From positions 620,001-684,000 of the forward strand of contig MU058418.1 of the NCBI GenBank assembly GCA_013265495.1: a DNA stretch of 64,000 bases, written 5' to 3'. This DNA is from Vicugna vicugna (taxonomy: Eukaryota). The notes beneath the pieces are model-generated. The model was given only the letters and a program-made list of their open reading frames with translations. It did not search any database and was not told the origin of the DNA. This document shows, one piece after another, positions 14,170-27,058 of this stretch (the first letter of the stretch is position 1; each line of letters starts with the position of its first letter). The translations under genes and the position numbers were made by a program.

Positions 14170-14830
14170 ACTAATCTGGAAATATCCCATGAAAAACTGA
14201 TGGGATTTTGAAGATAAATTTACTAAATTAATACATTAATTTGTAGGAAAGTGGCATCTTTATGATATAAAGTCTTTCCTCCCATGAACATGGTGCATCT
14301 TTCCATTTATTTCATTTCTCTTTTTTCTGCATCTTTTTTTCCTTTTTTTTAAACATTTTTTATTGATTTATAATCATTTTACAATGTTGTGTCAAATTCC
14401 AGTGTTCAGCACAATTTTTCAGTCATTCATGGACATATACACACTCATTGTCACATTTTTTTCTCTGTGATTTATCATAACATTTTGTGTATATTTCCCT
14501 GTGCTATACAGTGTAATCTTGTTTATCTATTCTACAATTTTGAAATCCCAGTCTATCCCTTTTATATCTTTCAATATAAAATTTTGTTTCTTTATAAAGA
14601 CCTTGCACATCTTATATTAGATTTATTCCTAGGTAAATTGTAGCTTTTATTGCTATTGTAATGGTATCTTTAAGAGTATCTACATTTTCTAATTATTTGT
14701 GTGTGTGTGTGTGTTGGTAGCAATTGACTGAAGCTTTATTTGTTCTAATGCTTTGCCTATTGTTTTGGACTTCTATGTAAACAACCATATCAAATAATGC
14801 CAATTTTAGTTTTTCCTTTTTGATCCTAAC
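14170..14830 (-). mobile_element. Ancient L1M ORF2 fragment (host of the young L1 end)
   Basis: Degenerate L1M-like text (ccatgaacatggtgcatctttccatttattt ... tagatttattcctaggt ... gctattgtaatgg). Confidence 0.65.
14335..14560 (-). mobile_element. Young L1 3' end, same subfamily as the 46.3-47.2 kb copy, nested in an older L1M
   Basis: Near-identical reverse complement of ~46922-47135; the ORF track shows near-identical spurious peptides (MSNxSVQHNFSVIHGHIHTHCHIFF...). T-tract at the left end. Confidence 0.9.
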
Positions 14831-15180
14831 AATTTTAGATTTATAAGTTGCAAAGATAGTACACAAAGTTCTCATATACCCCTCACCCATTTTCTCCCAC
14901 TGTTAACATCTTGAATAACCATGGTACCTATGTCAAAATTAAGTAACCAACACTGGCACGTTGATGTTAACTAACTTCCAGACTTTATTCAGATTTCACG
15001 AGTTCTTCCACTAAAGTCCGTATCCTGTCCCAGGATCTGAGGCAGGAAACCACACTGTTTGGTCCTCAAGTCTCTTTCAGTCTCCTCTGGTCTATGACAG
15101 TTTCTCACTTTTCTTTCTTTCCCATGACCTTGACAGTTGTGAGTACTTGTTAGGTGTTTTGTAGTATGTTCCTCCATTTT
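14830..15180 (-). mobile_element. Ancient L1MC/L1MD-type 3' UTR fragment
   Basis: gttgcaaagatagtaca...ccagactttattcagatttcac...ccatgaccttgacag resembles L1MC/MD 3' ends; similar to the element at 63.3 kb. Confidence 0.6.
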
Positions 15181-15464
15181 TTTCTTGTACGCATAATGTG
15201 GTTTTAAAGTTGAGTGATTTGTCTAAGGCCAAAGACAAGTTTTTGAAAATGTCTTACCTTTTTTCCTGATAATAAAAAATACAAGCAATACTGAAAAATG
15301 CAATGAAAATCAAGCAAATAAAGGTAATCTAAAGTCCCCTAACCCGGAGAAAAGCACTATTTACATTTTGGTGTTTATCTCCCAAACTTATTTCTATCAA
15401 AGAGCAAGCTTAGAAGTTGAACCCAAACCAGAACTGAGGTCTCTTGGTGCCTTGTAAGAATATT

Positions 15465-16120
15465 TGTTTTTATTTATTATGATACATTTCAAATACACAA
15501 TAAGTATAGAAAATAGTACAAAAATCAGTAAACCCAAGGTCCACATATAACAGAAGTTGGCATTTCTATATTCACTTCAGATACCTTTTGTTTTAATGAA
15601 CACAAGGTTGCTGATTTTTTAATACCCTCCCCCACCCCCACCCTTTTCCTCTTTCCTGGGGATAACCACTTTCCTGAAGCTGAGTATATTTCCCATATGT
15701 GTTTTAATATTTTTCTATGTACATTTGCATACTTAAACAATATAAGGTATCATTTTTGTGTTCTTTAAGAATTGCACAAGTTGTATCAATACATATGCCT
15801 CCTTCAGTTTTCTTTTTGCACTCACCATTGTATTTCTGGCATTTATTCATGTTGATTCACCTATAAAATTTTAGTTACTATATAGTATTTTATTGAATGA
15901 ATGTTTCAGCCTTCATTTATTCATTTCCTTGTCGATAGGCTTCTGGGTTGTTTCAGTGTTTTGCTATTTCAAACAATGTTACTGTGTGTATATTTGGCCT
16001 CACTTCTTTGTGGACACCAGTGAGAATTCCTAGACATGGAACTTAGATGTTGTAGGCTAGGCACGTCTTCAACTTTGTTAGACATTGCCATTTTGCTCTC
16101 AGAAATAGTGATACACTCTT
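15465..16120 (-). mobile_element. Ancient L1ME-type fragment
   Basis: AT-rich degenerate L1 3' text (ggttgtttcagtgttttgctatttcaaacaatg...gacattgccattttgctctc). Confidence 0.55.
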
Positions 16121-16359
16121 AACTGGATTCAGGCACCAGCCATCCAGATCCACACATCCTGCTTGGACTTCGGCTGGAGCTGGAGCATCTTCAGCTGCAA
16201 CTTGTGCTGTCCCCTCTGTCTCGGAGCCAGGAGGCTGCTGCCGCCTCCACCATTGCCATGGACCCAGGGCCTGCCTGCAGGCACAGAGTGACAATGCTTG
16301 TGGTACATTCTTTGTAAAGACAGATTCAGGGGTCCCTCCTCCTGCTGTGCACAAACCCC

Positions 16360-16835
16360 TCACTGTGTGCCTGTCCTGTCCCTCCCATCGAGAGGCCTAT
16401 TTCCCCTTGCTTGAATCTGGGCTGGCTTTGCGGCTCCTTGGACCACTAAAACGTGTAGGAAGGAACTTGTGTGCCTTCTGAGCCTCAGCCTCAATAGAAC
16501 TGACAGCCTCTCGTCCCTAGTTTTTAGAACACGTTCCTGCCCCATCAGGAAGCCCAGGCTGGTCCCCTGGAGGGTAAATGACCAGGTAGAGAGGTCCTGC
16601 CATCAGCATGCAGCCACAGCCCGGTGAGTGAGGGCGGCTGTCTTGGACCATTCAGCGCCTGGTGAGCCCCTGGGAAGTCTCAGATGACTGCAGTTACACA
16701 GTAGCCCCTGGTGAGACCAACGGGAGAACCACTCCACTGAACCCACCCCATATTGCTGACCTGTAGTACTGTGCGCAGATGGAGCGGTTGTTGTCTTATG
16801 TCATCAAGTTTTAGTGTTCCATAGAAACAGATGAG
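16360..16835 (+). mobile_element. MaLR solo LTR (MLT1-type)
   Basis: ccccttgcttgaatctgggctggcttt...gatgactgcag...gttgttgtcttatgtcatcaagttttag. Confidence 0.7.
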
Positions 16836-16849
16836 TCTTACAGTTCCTT

Positions 16850-17900
16850 TCTTCCACGCCATGCTGCACATCTCCTGCCTCTCATCTTCTGCCATGGGAC
16901 TTTCCCTTTACTACTGAGATGCAGGACACAGTGAAATGGCAGGCCAGGATCGATGGAAGATGGGAGCTGGAAAGTAAGTCCTTCTCCTGTTTTCCTCTGG
17001 GAGGGACTGTCTGGGGATAGGCCAGTCACATGGTCTCTCTGCAGATGTCCCATGGGACTGAGCAATTTCTCATGGAGCTGTGAGCAGCTTGGTGACACAC
17101 CTCTTTATATGCCCTCTCTCTTCCCCTGACTCTTATCTTCACTTCTGCTTCCCTGGAATTCCATCTCTTAATAAAGTCTAAGCATGTAACCTTTAGTTCA
17201 GCCTCTATTTCCTAGGGATTCCGGGCAGAGACATTTCCAAGTGTGGCCCTAGAAAGCAGACCGTCAGAATGGGATTTTGGAGTTGACTTGCCCACTAGTC
17301 TGAAGGCCCTGGGCCCTGTCGCCAGTGGTAAGTGGCCTGGCAACATCCCTGATGTGCAGGGAGGCACTGACACTTCTCCTGGGAGTAACTGCACTGCACT
17401 GGAGGTGGAAGTTGAGGCACTGGGATGGGCCAGTATTTTCCACACTGCTGCACATTAAATCATGTGGGGAGCTCTCAGATAACCCCATGCTTGGGTCCCA
17501 CCCCATACCAATCAAACTGTCCGTAGGTGGAAGCCAGCAGTCAGTAGTTTTTAAAGTTTTCCAGGTAATTTTTTTTTCAGGTGATTCTTACATGCACCAA
17601 AATTTGGGAACCACTGGGATATGCATGGGCCATGGCTCTTGATTGGTGGAATGGGGTAATGACAATGATAAGTAGATTGTGGTAGATGCTGGATGTTTTT
17701 GATGGCATTGCAACACTTGATTAAAAAAAATGTTTGGGACAGTTTACTACCAACTTAGAGCATGCCAGGAACGCTGGGGGCTTCTGTGGCAGCCCTAACC
17801 CTCATCTCCTGCATCCACGGGACACCTGTGCTGAAACTCAGCCACAAGATCTGATAATAATAGAGGCAGAGCTGCTAAGGACACAGAATGTGCAGCCTTA
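16850..17900 (+). mobile_element. ERVL-class LTR (LTR16/LTR33-like) plus start of internal sequence, interrupted by MER5
   Basis: LTR end (aataaagtct...cagcctctatttcctagggattccgggcagagaca) followed by aagtgtggccctagaaagcagaccgtcagaatgggattttggagttg, similar to ERVL internal 5' sequence. Confidence 0.5.
17432..17617. mobile_element. MER5-like hAT-Charlie MITE
   Basis: ctgctgcacattaaatca...ggtgattcttacatgcaccaaaatttgggaaccactg. Confidence 0.65.
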
Positions 17901-17929
17901 GGTCTCCTATGGCAAATTCATGACCCTAA

Positions 17930-18278
17930 AAATGACAGACTCACAGACATAAGAAACAAATTTTTGTTTACCAGGGGGAAAAGAAGCAGGGAGGGATAAA
18001 TTGGGAGTTTGGGATTTGCAGATACTAACTACTATGTATAAAATAGATAATCTATGATGTTCTACTGTATAGAACAGGGAACTATTTTCAATATTATGTA
18101 GTAACCTATAATGAAAAAGAATATATTCAATACCTTGTAATGAACTATAATGAAAAAGAATATGAAAAGACACATACATAAGAATAACTGAATCATTATC
18201 CTATACACTAGAAATTAACAAAACATTGTAAATCAACTGTAATTTAATTAAAAAAATTTCCAAAAAAAAAAAAAAAAA
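17930..18278 (+). mobile_element. L1 3' end with poly-A
   Basis: gggataaattgggagtttgggatttgcagatactaactacta motif shared with the 27.4 and 28.6 kb copies; A-tail ~18261-18278; small internal duplication of ctataatgaaaaagaatat. Confidence 0.88.
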
Positions 18279-18689
18279 GCAACTGAGTGAGCCCCTGAGA
18301 CTTGGGACAGAGACAGTGATTAGAAGTGCCTGAGAATCTTCAGTCCCCACTTCCCCTTAGTTCTCCAGGCCAGCAAAAGCAGGCTCTTTCTAGACAAAGG
18401 AAAACAGCTTCCCGTTGCCTGGAGACAATGTAACGACTTCCTCTGAAGCATCATTCCAGGTTTGTCCCCTGCCCTCCACCCTAACCCCCTGCTGCCTCCA
18501 AGGACAGGTCTCAGCATCGCTCAATGAGGGGGAAAAAAAAGTCCCCGCTTCGGGAGGAAGTGTTCACACAGCATGGGAGCCCGAGACACGTGGAAATGAG
18601 TCTGGAGAGGCTGGACTGAGGAGGGGGCACTTTGGGCTGGGTAAGGAGGGGCCTATTGACGTGGGTCACACCCTTGCCGTAGGATTCAC

Positions 18690-19460
18690 TCCGCTGGCCA
18701 GGATGTCGATTCCTAGAGTTTGCTTGGAGGGTTCGTTCAGCACCCAGTGCCCAGCCGGGCGCAGAGGGTGAACCAGCTCCGTACCGCCACCTGGCCTGCT
18801 TCAGCCGGAGCTCGACAACCGCCTTCCCAGGCCCTGAGTCGCCCGAGGCCCCGCGGGAGTCTGCTGCGGGCTCCAGTTGCGCTCTGCTGGGCCTTTTAGA
18901 GGGGACACCGCCCAGCTGCACAATCACACAATAGGAGCCCGAATGAGAAATCACAGCTTGGAATGACGTCCAGGCCCTCGGCCAGCTTCTCAGCTCAGAA
19001 ATCATGTTGGGTTCTCCGAGAAGCGCGGGTCGTCGGGACCTCCGGGCACCGCAGTCGCACGAGCTGTTTCAGCAGCCGTCTCAGCGGGAGGCAGGGGAGG
19101 AAGCCGAGGCAACAAACAATCCACCAGGCTCAAAGCCTCCGCCCCGAGGACCGGAGGGTGGGATACAGTGTCAGAAGGGCGGGTGGTGAGGCCGTGTAGA
19201 AGCGCAGCTCCCGGGTCCTGGCCTTTCCTGAAGACCACGCCTCCTCCTGGCCCTCTCGCCAGCTCCGTGCACTGGGGATTCTTGGCGCTTTTACTGGATC
19301 CCTCTTTAAAGTGTCTAATTTTAATGAAGAACTCTTTCATCTGCCATCCTGTTTCCAGGAGACAAGTTTGGAAGGAATTTTCACAAGTCACTGAGGCCCT
19401 TGGAAGAGTGTTTGCGGGTGGAAAATGTAAGGCTGTGAGACGCGCAGAGATGGTCTCACT
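18690..19460. promoter_or_regulatory. GC/CpG-rich island-like segment
   Basis: Visibly dense CpGs (gcgggtcgtcgggacctccgggcaccgcagtcgcacgag) against a CpG-poor background; ratios not computed. Confidence 0.55.
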
Positions 19461-21734
19461 GGGGTGGGGGTGGAGGAGGCAGAGGAGGAAATAAAACACC
19501 GAGGGAAAAAAATGCTGCAAGGGCCAAGTGGAGGAAGGATGCAGAGGTGCAGCCGAACAGGGAAAGGGGTTGGAAATTGTAAAGAATAATTCAGCCAGAA
19601 GACACAGTCCCTCCTGAGGGAAATCATATGCAGCTCTGAGAAATGCTAGGGACCAGAGGATGCGTGGGAAGGGGTGGGCAGAGGGGCCGGGGAGAAATGG
19701 CCGGAGGGAAAAATGTCACCCACAGCTGGAATGAGGCAGACTCTGTGTGTGCACACGACATGCACCACACACCAGAAAAATTCTCCAATTCATCCCCTCT
19801 GGAGCTTTCTTGAGCCAAAAAGAAACAAACAAACAAAAGATCTGAACTGGAAAGCGGAGGACAGTGGAGAGGGAATGACAGGTCTGCCTGGTTACATCTG
19901 TGAGTGCTGGGTGGTTCTCAGACACAGCCCTGCCCCTCTGGAGGTGATGCTGAAAGGTCTTCATTGTGGATTCTCCTGGCTCCCTGATGCCTTTCTCCCA
20001 GCAGCTCTTATCCCACATTTTGCACAGAGGGAATTGTTTCCCTTGCCCCCATCTCTGAGGGGCTCTCACAGCGCTCCCCACCAGCTGCATGACACACTCA
20101 CCATTACACCACCGCCCCTTCCACATGGGACATGACGCCATCTTGGTAGGAGGTCAAAGTTAGCACCACCTGGTCCTTCTCTGAGGTTCCCAGGCTCTCT
20201 GGGGAAAAGGATGGGTGAGCATGTGTGAACTCAGGCAGGGGAAGTTTGGCAGATGAGGCTATGGGATTTAAACACCGGCAAGAGCCAAGGGGTTGGAAGG
20301 AAGAGAAGGTGAGAGGGTGAGAGGCGGAGCTCATAGGCTACTCTGAAAGCCCTGGATGAGAGTTGAAGTGAGAGCCGAGTGGGGTAAAGGGAGGTGGTTT
20401 TGTTGAAGGAAAGGGGCTCTCCTGGACCACTAAATCACTAGAAACTCTCCTCCAAAGCTGATGAGCAGATGGACTTGTGTTTGACATTGACTTAGCAAGG
20501 CTTTTACAAATCTATGAATTTACTCTCCATGGACACAAGAGTGTCTTTTCTTCAGCTGGTGATGAACAAAGGAGCAGCTTCCTACCTCTCTCTGATTTAC
20601 AGTACCACCAGCACCAAACAATGAGGGAGAAGGGAAGTGGCAGGCTCGCATGACTCTAAAATATTTGGATAAAAACATCAGCCTGATTTGCACACAAATG
20701 GCATTTTCCAATGTGCTTCTGTTTACCGGTTTCTGCTAATGAGATACTATTAGTAGATGCAAAATTTTAAGGATGTTATCTTCAGCCTGGAGAGAAAGAA
20801 ACTGTAATTTGCAGCTTTTGCTAAGAGTGATAACCTTATTAAGTAATGAGATTTGCTGATTAACTGCCGCTAATGAAACATCGTTGCCAAACCTGTTAAT
20901 CTGAAACCACAGCGGAGCTGCTGTCAGATCCGCTTCTCTTCCATCTCCCAATCCCAGGGGATTTTACAGAAATATCTCTCATTCAAGTAGCCCTTGCCTT
21001 TCAACAGCTGTTTTTTTTTTTTTAATTGATTCCACTAATAGGCTAACAATAAGTTAGGAGAGCCACTCTTAGATGAATATTGAATCAACCTTGGTGAAGA
21101 GTTCAAGGAGAAAAGCAATTCTGTTAAAAAATGATTTTTTTAATGAAAGGTGTAATGGGAAAATGTGCAAGTTCATTGAGCACTGAAATGAATGGAAGTT
21201 CTTCGAGGTCAGAAGGCAAGATGTGTCCATGCTCAGTGCGTGTGATGGGATTTTAAATTTCTACACTGGAGCAGAACTCTGTCACTGTGTGAATCACAGT
21301 GGTTCAGAGTATGTAGGAAATTCTCATTTCTGATAACTTGCCTGAGAAAATCAACCCCATTCTGTTCTTAAGAATGACTCTCCCTCGTAGATCCTTAGGG
21401 AGATACCCGAGGTGGGTGGTCATCGTCTCAGCTACACTAGCTCCTCTCTTTCCTACGGGGCCCTGTGGGTCCTACCAGCTCAGGACTTTCAGGATCATGA
21501 CGGATGAATCTAGTCACAAATGGCCTTTCTGCAGGTAAGCCGCAGGCCCACGGGCTCCTGGAGTGGCCAGGGTCGGGGTGGAGGGATGTGGACCTCAGCT
21601 GGTCCAACTCCGTGGGTTCTAAAAAGGTGAAACAATTTACCCAACACCCTCAGCTGGTCAGTGGGGAAGTCAGGACTAAAATCCAGGCTTGTGTCTTCTG
21701 GTCCAATCTATTGATGAAATCAAATTCATATTTT

Positions 21735-22095
21735 ATGGCAAGACAAGAAGAATTTAAACAAAAATTTTCTCTGCCCATTTGGGCCTTCTCCCTCCCCTTT
21801 AGTGTGTCTTGTGTTAACCAGACATCCTTAAGAGCTAACATTCCTTCTTAATCTGGTAAAAGGTCATGATGACCTCCTACCTGCTTTGTACCTGCAGCTC
21901 TTGATTGTGTAAATTGTCAATATGTCATTTGATGGATAACCCTTTGTCTCAAAAACTTTTAATTGCCTTGACCTCTGATGGGCAGAACAGTCCTCAGCTT
22001 TCTGAAAGACTGTCTTTTGGATTATAATCCTCAAGTTGGCTCAAATAAAATTTTCCATTTCTTTCTTAGATTGACTATTGATCAATTTTCTCATC
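21735..22095 (+). mobile_element. Probable ERV1-class solo LTR
   Basis: cctttgtctcaaaaact...cctcaagttggctcaaataaaattttccatttc...ttttctca resembles an LTR R/U5 region with a poly-A signal. Confidence 0.5.
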
Positions 22096-25000
22096 TGCTG
22101 GCACTTGAGAAATAGGGAATGAGGTGGGGGCAGTGCAGGTACGTACACATGGTCAGGGGCTGACATGCCCACACATCAGCTTCCAACCTGGCCGTGCACA
22201 CCAGCTGTGCTCTTCCTGCCCTTCGGTGATGCCCGTCAGCCTCACCCCACACAGGGGCTGTAATCCAGGGCAAGAGGCCTCCCTTCATGGTGTTCCCTCC
22301 TTCCTTTCTAGGTCTGCAAGTGTTCTGGTGGCCAAATCTATGTTCAGGTTGGACAGAAAAAAGACAGAAAAACATCTAACATTTGCTTTAGGGTTTCTTC
22401 CCCAATTGGACCTTTTATAATTAGGTTTCTACAGCTGGTGCAAAATGAGAAAAAAAGCTGGGTTTTCAGAGCTTGTGTCTAACTATTGGAAAAGAACAGG
22501 CTCAGAGAAGAGACCTTAGGATCCGGGTGTGTGAGGGCAAGCGTAAGTGGCTCAGGGGCTCATGGACATCTGACAAAGGCCACCTAGTTTGGACCTGTGA
22601 GGGTGGAGAGACGGGAAAGATGAGCTCAGAAATGACTGTGTTCGAGGCAGGACAAGTTGTAAGGTTAATATTTTCAGAGTCTATTAGGTTTTAAGCAAAC
22701 CAAGGGCAGATACTGAGAGAAGGCTTTGGAGGTCTGGACCCCAACTCTCCCCAAGGGCTGTCCCCAAGCCTTCCCTGCTGGCCTTACCCAGCCTGGAGAA
22801 CACTGGCCCAGGAGGGTCCCCCGCCCTAAACTGTGACATTGAGAACCATGTTGCCCTTGTCAAGGGTTACTGCAAAAGTCTGGACGGGATAGGGCCTCTG
22901 AGCAGGGAAATGGCAGGTCAAAAACCAAGACTGTTTGGGTCAGTGACCCCAAACAGCTGGAGTCCCAGAGGAGGAGTCCAGATTCAACTGTCTAAGGAGC
23001 TTTATAGGCACCCTCATTTATTTTAATCCTCCCAACTATCAGAGGAGGCAGCCCTCTTGTCCCTGATTACTGACCAGGAAGGAGCTCCTGGTCCAAGATG
23101 ACCCTGGGCGGGCCCTCACCTGGGGGCTCTGATCAAATTTCATGTTCCTTCCCTGCCACGGGGCTGCCCCTTTGCAGTCACAGGCTGGAATAGAAAGATC
23201 AGGGAGACACAAAGTGTAGTCATAAGAGACGCGTGGGCTCCTGAGCCATCTGGGAGCTGGGTTGGCCACCCTGAGGGGCTGCAGGCAGCTCGTGGGAGGG
23301 GCCTCCCAGGCAGCTGTGATTTAGGCTTTTGAGATCTTGGCTGTCAAGACTCTTTTCGAACGACTTTTCCTTGTTATCTACTTATAGGAACTAGTCCTAA
23401 TGAAAGAATAATAAACATTAAAAAGTTGATCAGATAAAATATACAGAGGCACATATAAATTCCATTCTTTATTAAAAATACAGAACTACTTTTTACAGAA
23501 TGAACAGAAAATACTGCATTATCTTGGAATTTTAAGATTTAGAAATTTTACTGAATCACTCGCAGGCCCATGATATACTGTACTACAAAAAAAAAATGCT
23601 GCTTCAAAAATGAAAAAAAGCACCTGAAAATATTAAAATCATTAAGGCCAGTAGTGTTTATTTAATGAAACTGTACATATCTGACTATACTGTACCTACC
23701 AGTCACTGCTTAAGGGAATACATTAAAAATAGACCTCTAAATAATGAAAGAATTAGCCCAAAGAAAAAAGTTACAGACAATAACGAGAAGGCTTTGAAAA
23801 ACTGAAAGCACATTTCGATACGGTGTCATATAGAACAACGTGTCTGTTAACAGTCTACTTGCACCGTACGTCGTAGAAAATGAGCACGTCACCTCACTCC
23901 TGAAGAAGGGGCTTCCCTCAGAGACTGCTTATTACAAATAAGAGACAAACCATAAATATGTGCAGTAAGGACACATGTACGTTCATATACAGATAAGGTA
24001 CCTGGGTGAACAGTCTGGAATGAAATTAAACTAAGAGGATAAATAACATTAATAAACTCTACACTTTGAGGCACATGGGGAATAAAATTCACGTTGTTTC
24101 TAAGTTATGGACACAGCATCTTTTCTGCCCCCACCCCGCCCCGTTTTTTGTACCTTAGTGTAATGCCGATTTGCATTTAACCTAGTTATCTTATGTTTGC
24201 ATGCTCTGCAAACTGAATTACAGGACCAAATTGCCTATTACAATTCCCCATTATGTGACACAATTACATAGGAACACTTTGAGGCGAGAGGATTGTCCCA
24301 GTATCAGGAAGCACTGATTGCATCATGCTCGCAAAGAGCAAGAATTAAGGAGAGGCTCTTTCCCCAGGTGACAGTTTGCTGCCTTTTCTCTCCACTGGAA
24401 ACGCTGTTCCCCATTACAATGACTTCTATTCACTGACTTCTGGTCTGCAAAATTAGATCCATTGGTATTTTAAAAATGAAAAAAGCCATACCCTAAAACT
24501 ATACTATTTCCTAAGCTTGAAGCTCCACGTTCCTAAAGCACTTTTAAGTAAAGCGGGGAATTGAAGTAATGGTCCAGAATTACCTAATGCCCAGAAAAAG
24601 TGAAAGCACAGGAACTTGCAAGTAACTAGAGTATATGAAGTACACACATGGGGTCCCTCTTGCACACGTGCCTCGCTCAGCACAAGCAAATGATGTAAAA
24701 ACTTCCACTGGATGACCTTTGTCTTGGATCCCCAAACCTAATCATAAGTACACACATGAAAATGCGCACACATACCCTTTTAAAATCTTTCATTAGAAGA
24801 AAGGGGAGACCATCTAGGGAGGGTTTTTCTCTTACTGAGATGGGGGCATGTCTTATTAGTACCCTTGTTAAAGACAAAACTTAACCAGGGAAAGGGAGTG
24901 GCTGCCAGCCTCCCAGGTGGACAGAGAGAGAAAGTCTCCAGTGTGGCACAGCGAGGTCAAGACTCAGCATAAAGAGGTGGAAACATGAGATTAACTAAGG

Positions 25001-27058
25001 CCGCACTGAAAGAAAGAATCTGAAAATAACCTCTTCAACTTACAAAACAAAAGGCACATCATCATTCAACTTCGAGAGCTTAGCAAACATGGATTTTCAC
25101 TTACTCAGAATTCCACATTATTTAGCAAGAGCCATGCCACATACTCACAACCTAGCATAGCTAGAAAAACACAAAACACAAAGCCTCACGATGCTTTGTG
25201 ATGTTACAATAGAATTTAACAAAAAGTTTTCACTGTTAATGTGAAGAAAAAAATAGCAACAGAATACAATTATGATGAAATGAGTTTATTTCATCTATAT
25301 GTTTAGTTTTTGTGTATATCGAATTAAAAGTAAATTAATTTACAATTGTACTTATAGTATAAAATTTTATATTGATAAAGTTACTTCTACGTATATACAG
25401 GAGAAAAACAAACAGATCAACCGATGTCTGTAAAATGAAAATATATGCTGTATAAAGCAACTGATATTTCAAAATTTTTGGCGGATGAGATGAGAGGAGC
25501 TCATTTGTTTTAATCCTCATGTGATCAAAGATATCTGTGGAAGATGACAGCAAGTTAAGTACTGCGGCTTAGCACACAGTGGGTAATGAAAGAAATCAAA
25601 GTCCTCCGAAACCTCTCACCCTTGGGCAGAAATGCTTTCAGTTCCTGGGGAGGGGGTGTGATGATGCTGGATGAAGCCCAGGAATAGAGCAACCCCATTC
25701 CAGAATTTTGCTGCCTTTCTCCCCCCTCTACACCATATTTTCCTTTGGGAAATGTGTCATCATCTTCCACCACCCAGACACAAGCCACTTCATACTGTGC
25801 ATATCTCAGTGGACCTGTAAATGACTAATGACAAACCCTCAGCCCAGAAGTGCTTCTGACGTAGTTCATTGTGCCTCATCGTTGATCCAGGCTGGCCCTT
25901 CTCATTTACACTGAGACACTGGCTTGGCTTTGGTCACTAGGAGGTGCAGTCCTTGCTAAGCGGGTCTGGACAAAGCTACGTGTTCCATAAAGAAATGTGG
26001 AATGACGGGAAAGGCTACTGGAGGGCAGAGTGACTCCCTGCAGATTGCAGGAGGCAGCATGGCTGGGAGAAACAATGTTTGCTTCTCAAGAGGTATGTCA
26101 CAATGGCTCCAGGTCACTTGGCTCTTGACCTTCGAGGCTGAATGAGGAGGGACACCCAGTGGGATGGGCACTGGGGTATGTGCTTGAGGAAGGTTGATAA
26201 AGCCTATCAGTGAGACATCAGGGTGAGCCACAGAACAAAGCAATCAAAAGGGATGGGACTCTTATTCCCAAACTCAAGGACAGACTGAGAGCTAGACCTT
26301 GAGGAATGGAATGAACAAGTGGAGATGGGGCCAGAAGCATGACAGAGCCGGGGAATGCTGTAGGCGGGTGACAATGGGACAGTGGAAGGCAGGCAAGGGT
26401 CAGGACCATCTGGCCAGTGAGGGAAGAGGCCACCTGTTGGTTATTTCTCTCTCCACCTCCTCTCCTTCCCACAAGGCATTTGAGCTAGTGGAATGGAGAA
26501 AAACAAAAAAGGGGAAACTAAAAAAACATGAAGACAGGAAGAAAGAATGAAATGCAAAGTAAAAAAGGAAAAATGAGAAAGGATAGCAGAGTGATGCTTA
26601 TGTGGCTCTGAGGAGGAGCTATGGGCCCATGAGAGAAGAGGGTGAGAAAACACCTAGACAAGGACAGACAGGAGCAGAGGCAGAAGCTGAAGTCATAAAA
26701 CAGAAGACCGAGGAGCCAACAGCCCCGCTAGACTTTGCTGTAAGTGCCCTTGAAGGTCATCTGGATGCCCCTCCTTTTCCAGATGAGGAGATGGGGGTGG
26801 GGGTGGTAACTTGGAGAGCTTGTTTCTTTGCTCTGTACCACAGAGTGATGTGGACCCAGTGGCATATGCTGTGGAGAAGGTTCTACGCTGGAGTGAGCTG
26901 TCCAGGTGCCCCCCAAGGCTTCTTCCTCCTAAGTCCCCTGGTATTCTAGGGTTCTAGGTATAAGGGTGGTCTCTGTATCTTTGCAAAAACTCACAATAGC
27001 CTCACCTTACAATGCCTAAAGATACGACAGTGAGATTACTTTAAAATGAACACGTTGA

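Noticed and set aside
18415..20141. Cluster of 100-170 aa overlapping ORFs
   Set aside because: Expected from stop-codon scarcity in GC-rich DNA; no homology recognised and no consistent exon structure.
23445..25534. Processed pseudogene
   Set aside because: No poly-A/T tail or TSD at the distal end, no decayed CDS recognised, and an intact intron-type acceptor is present.
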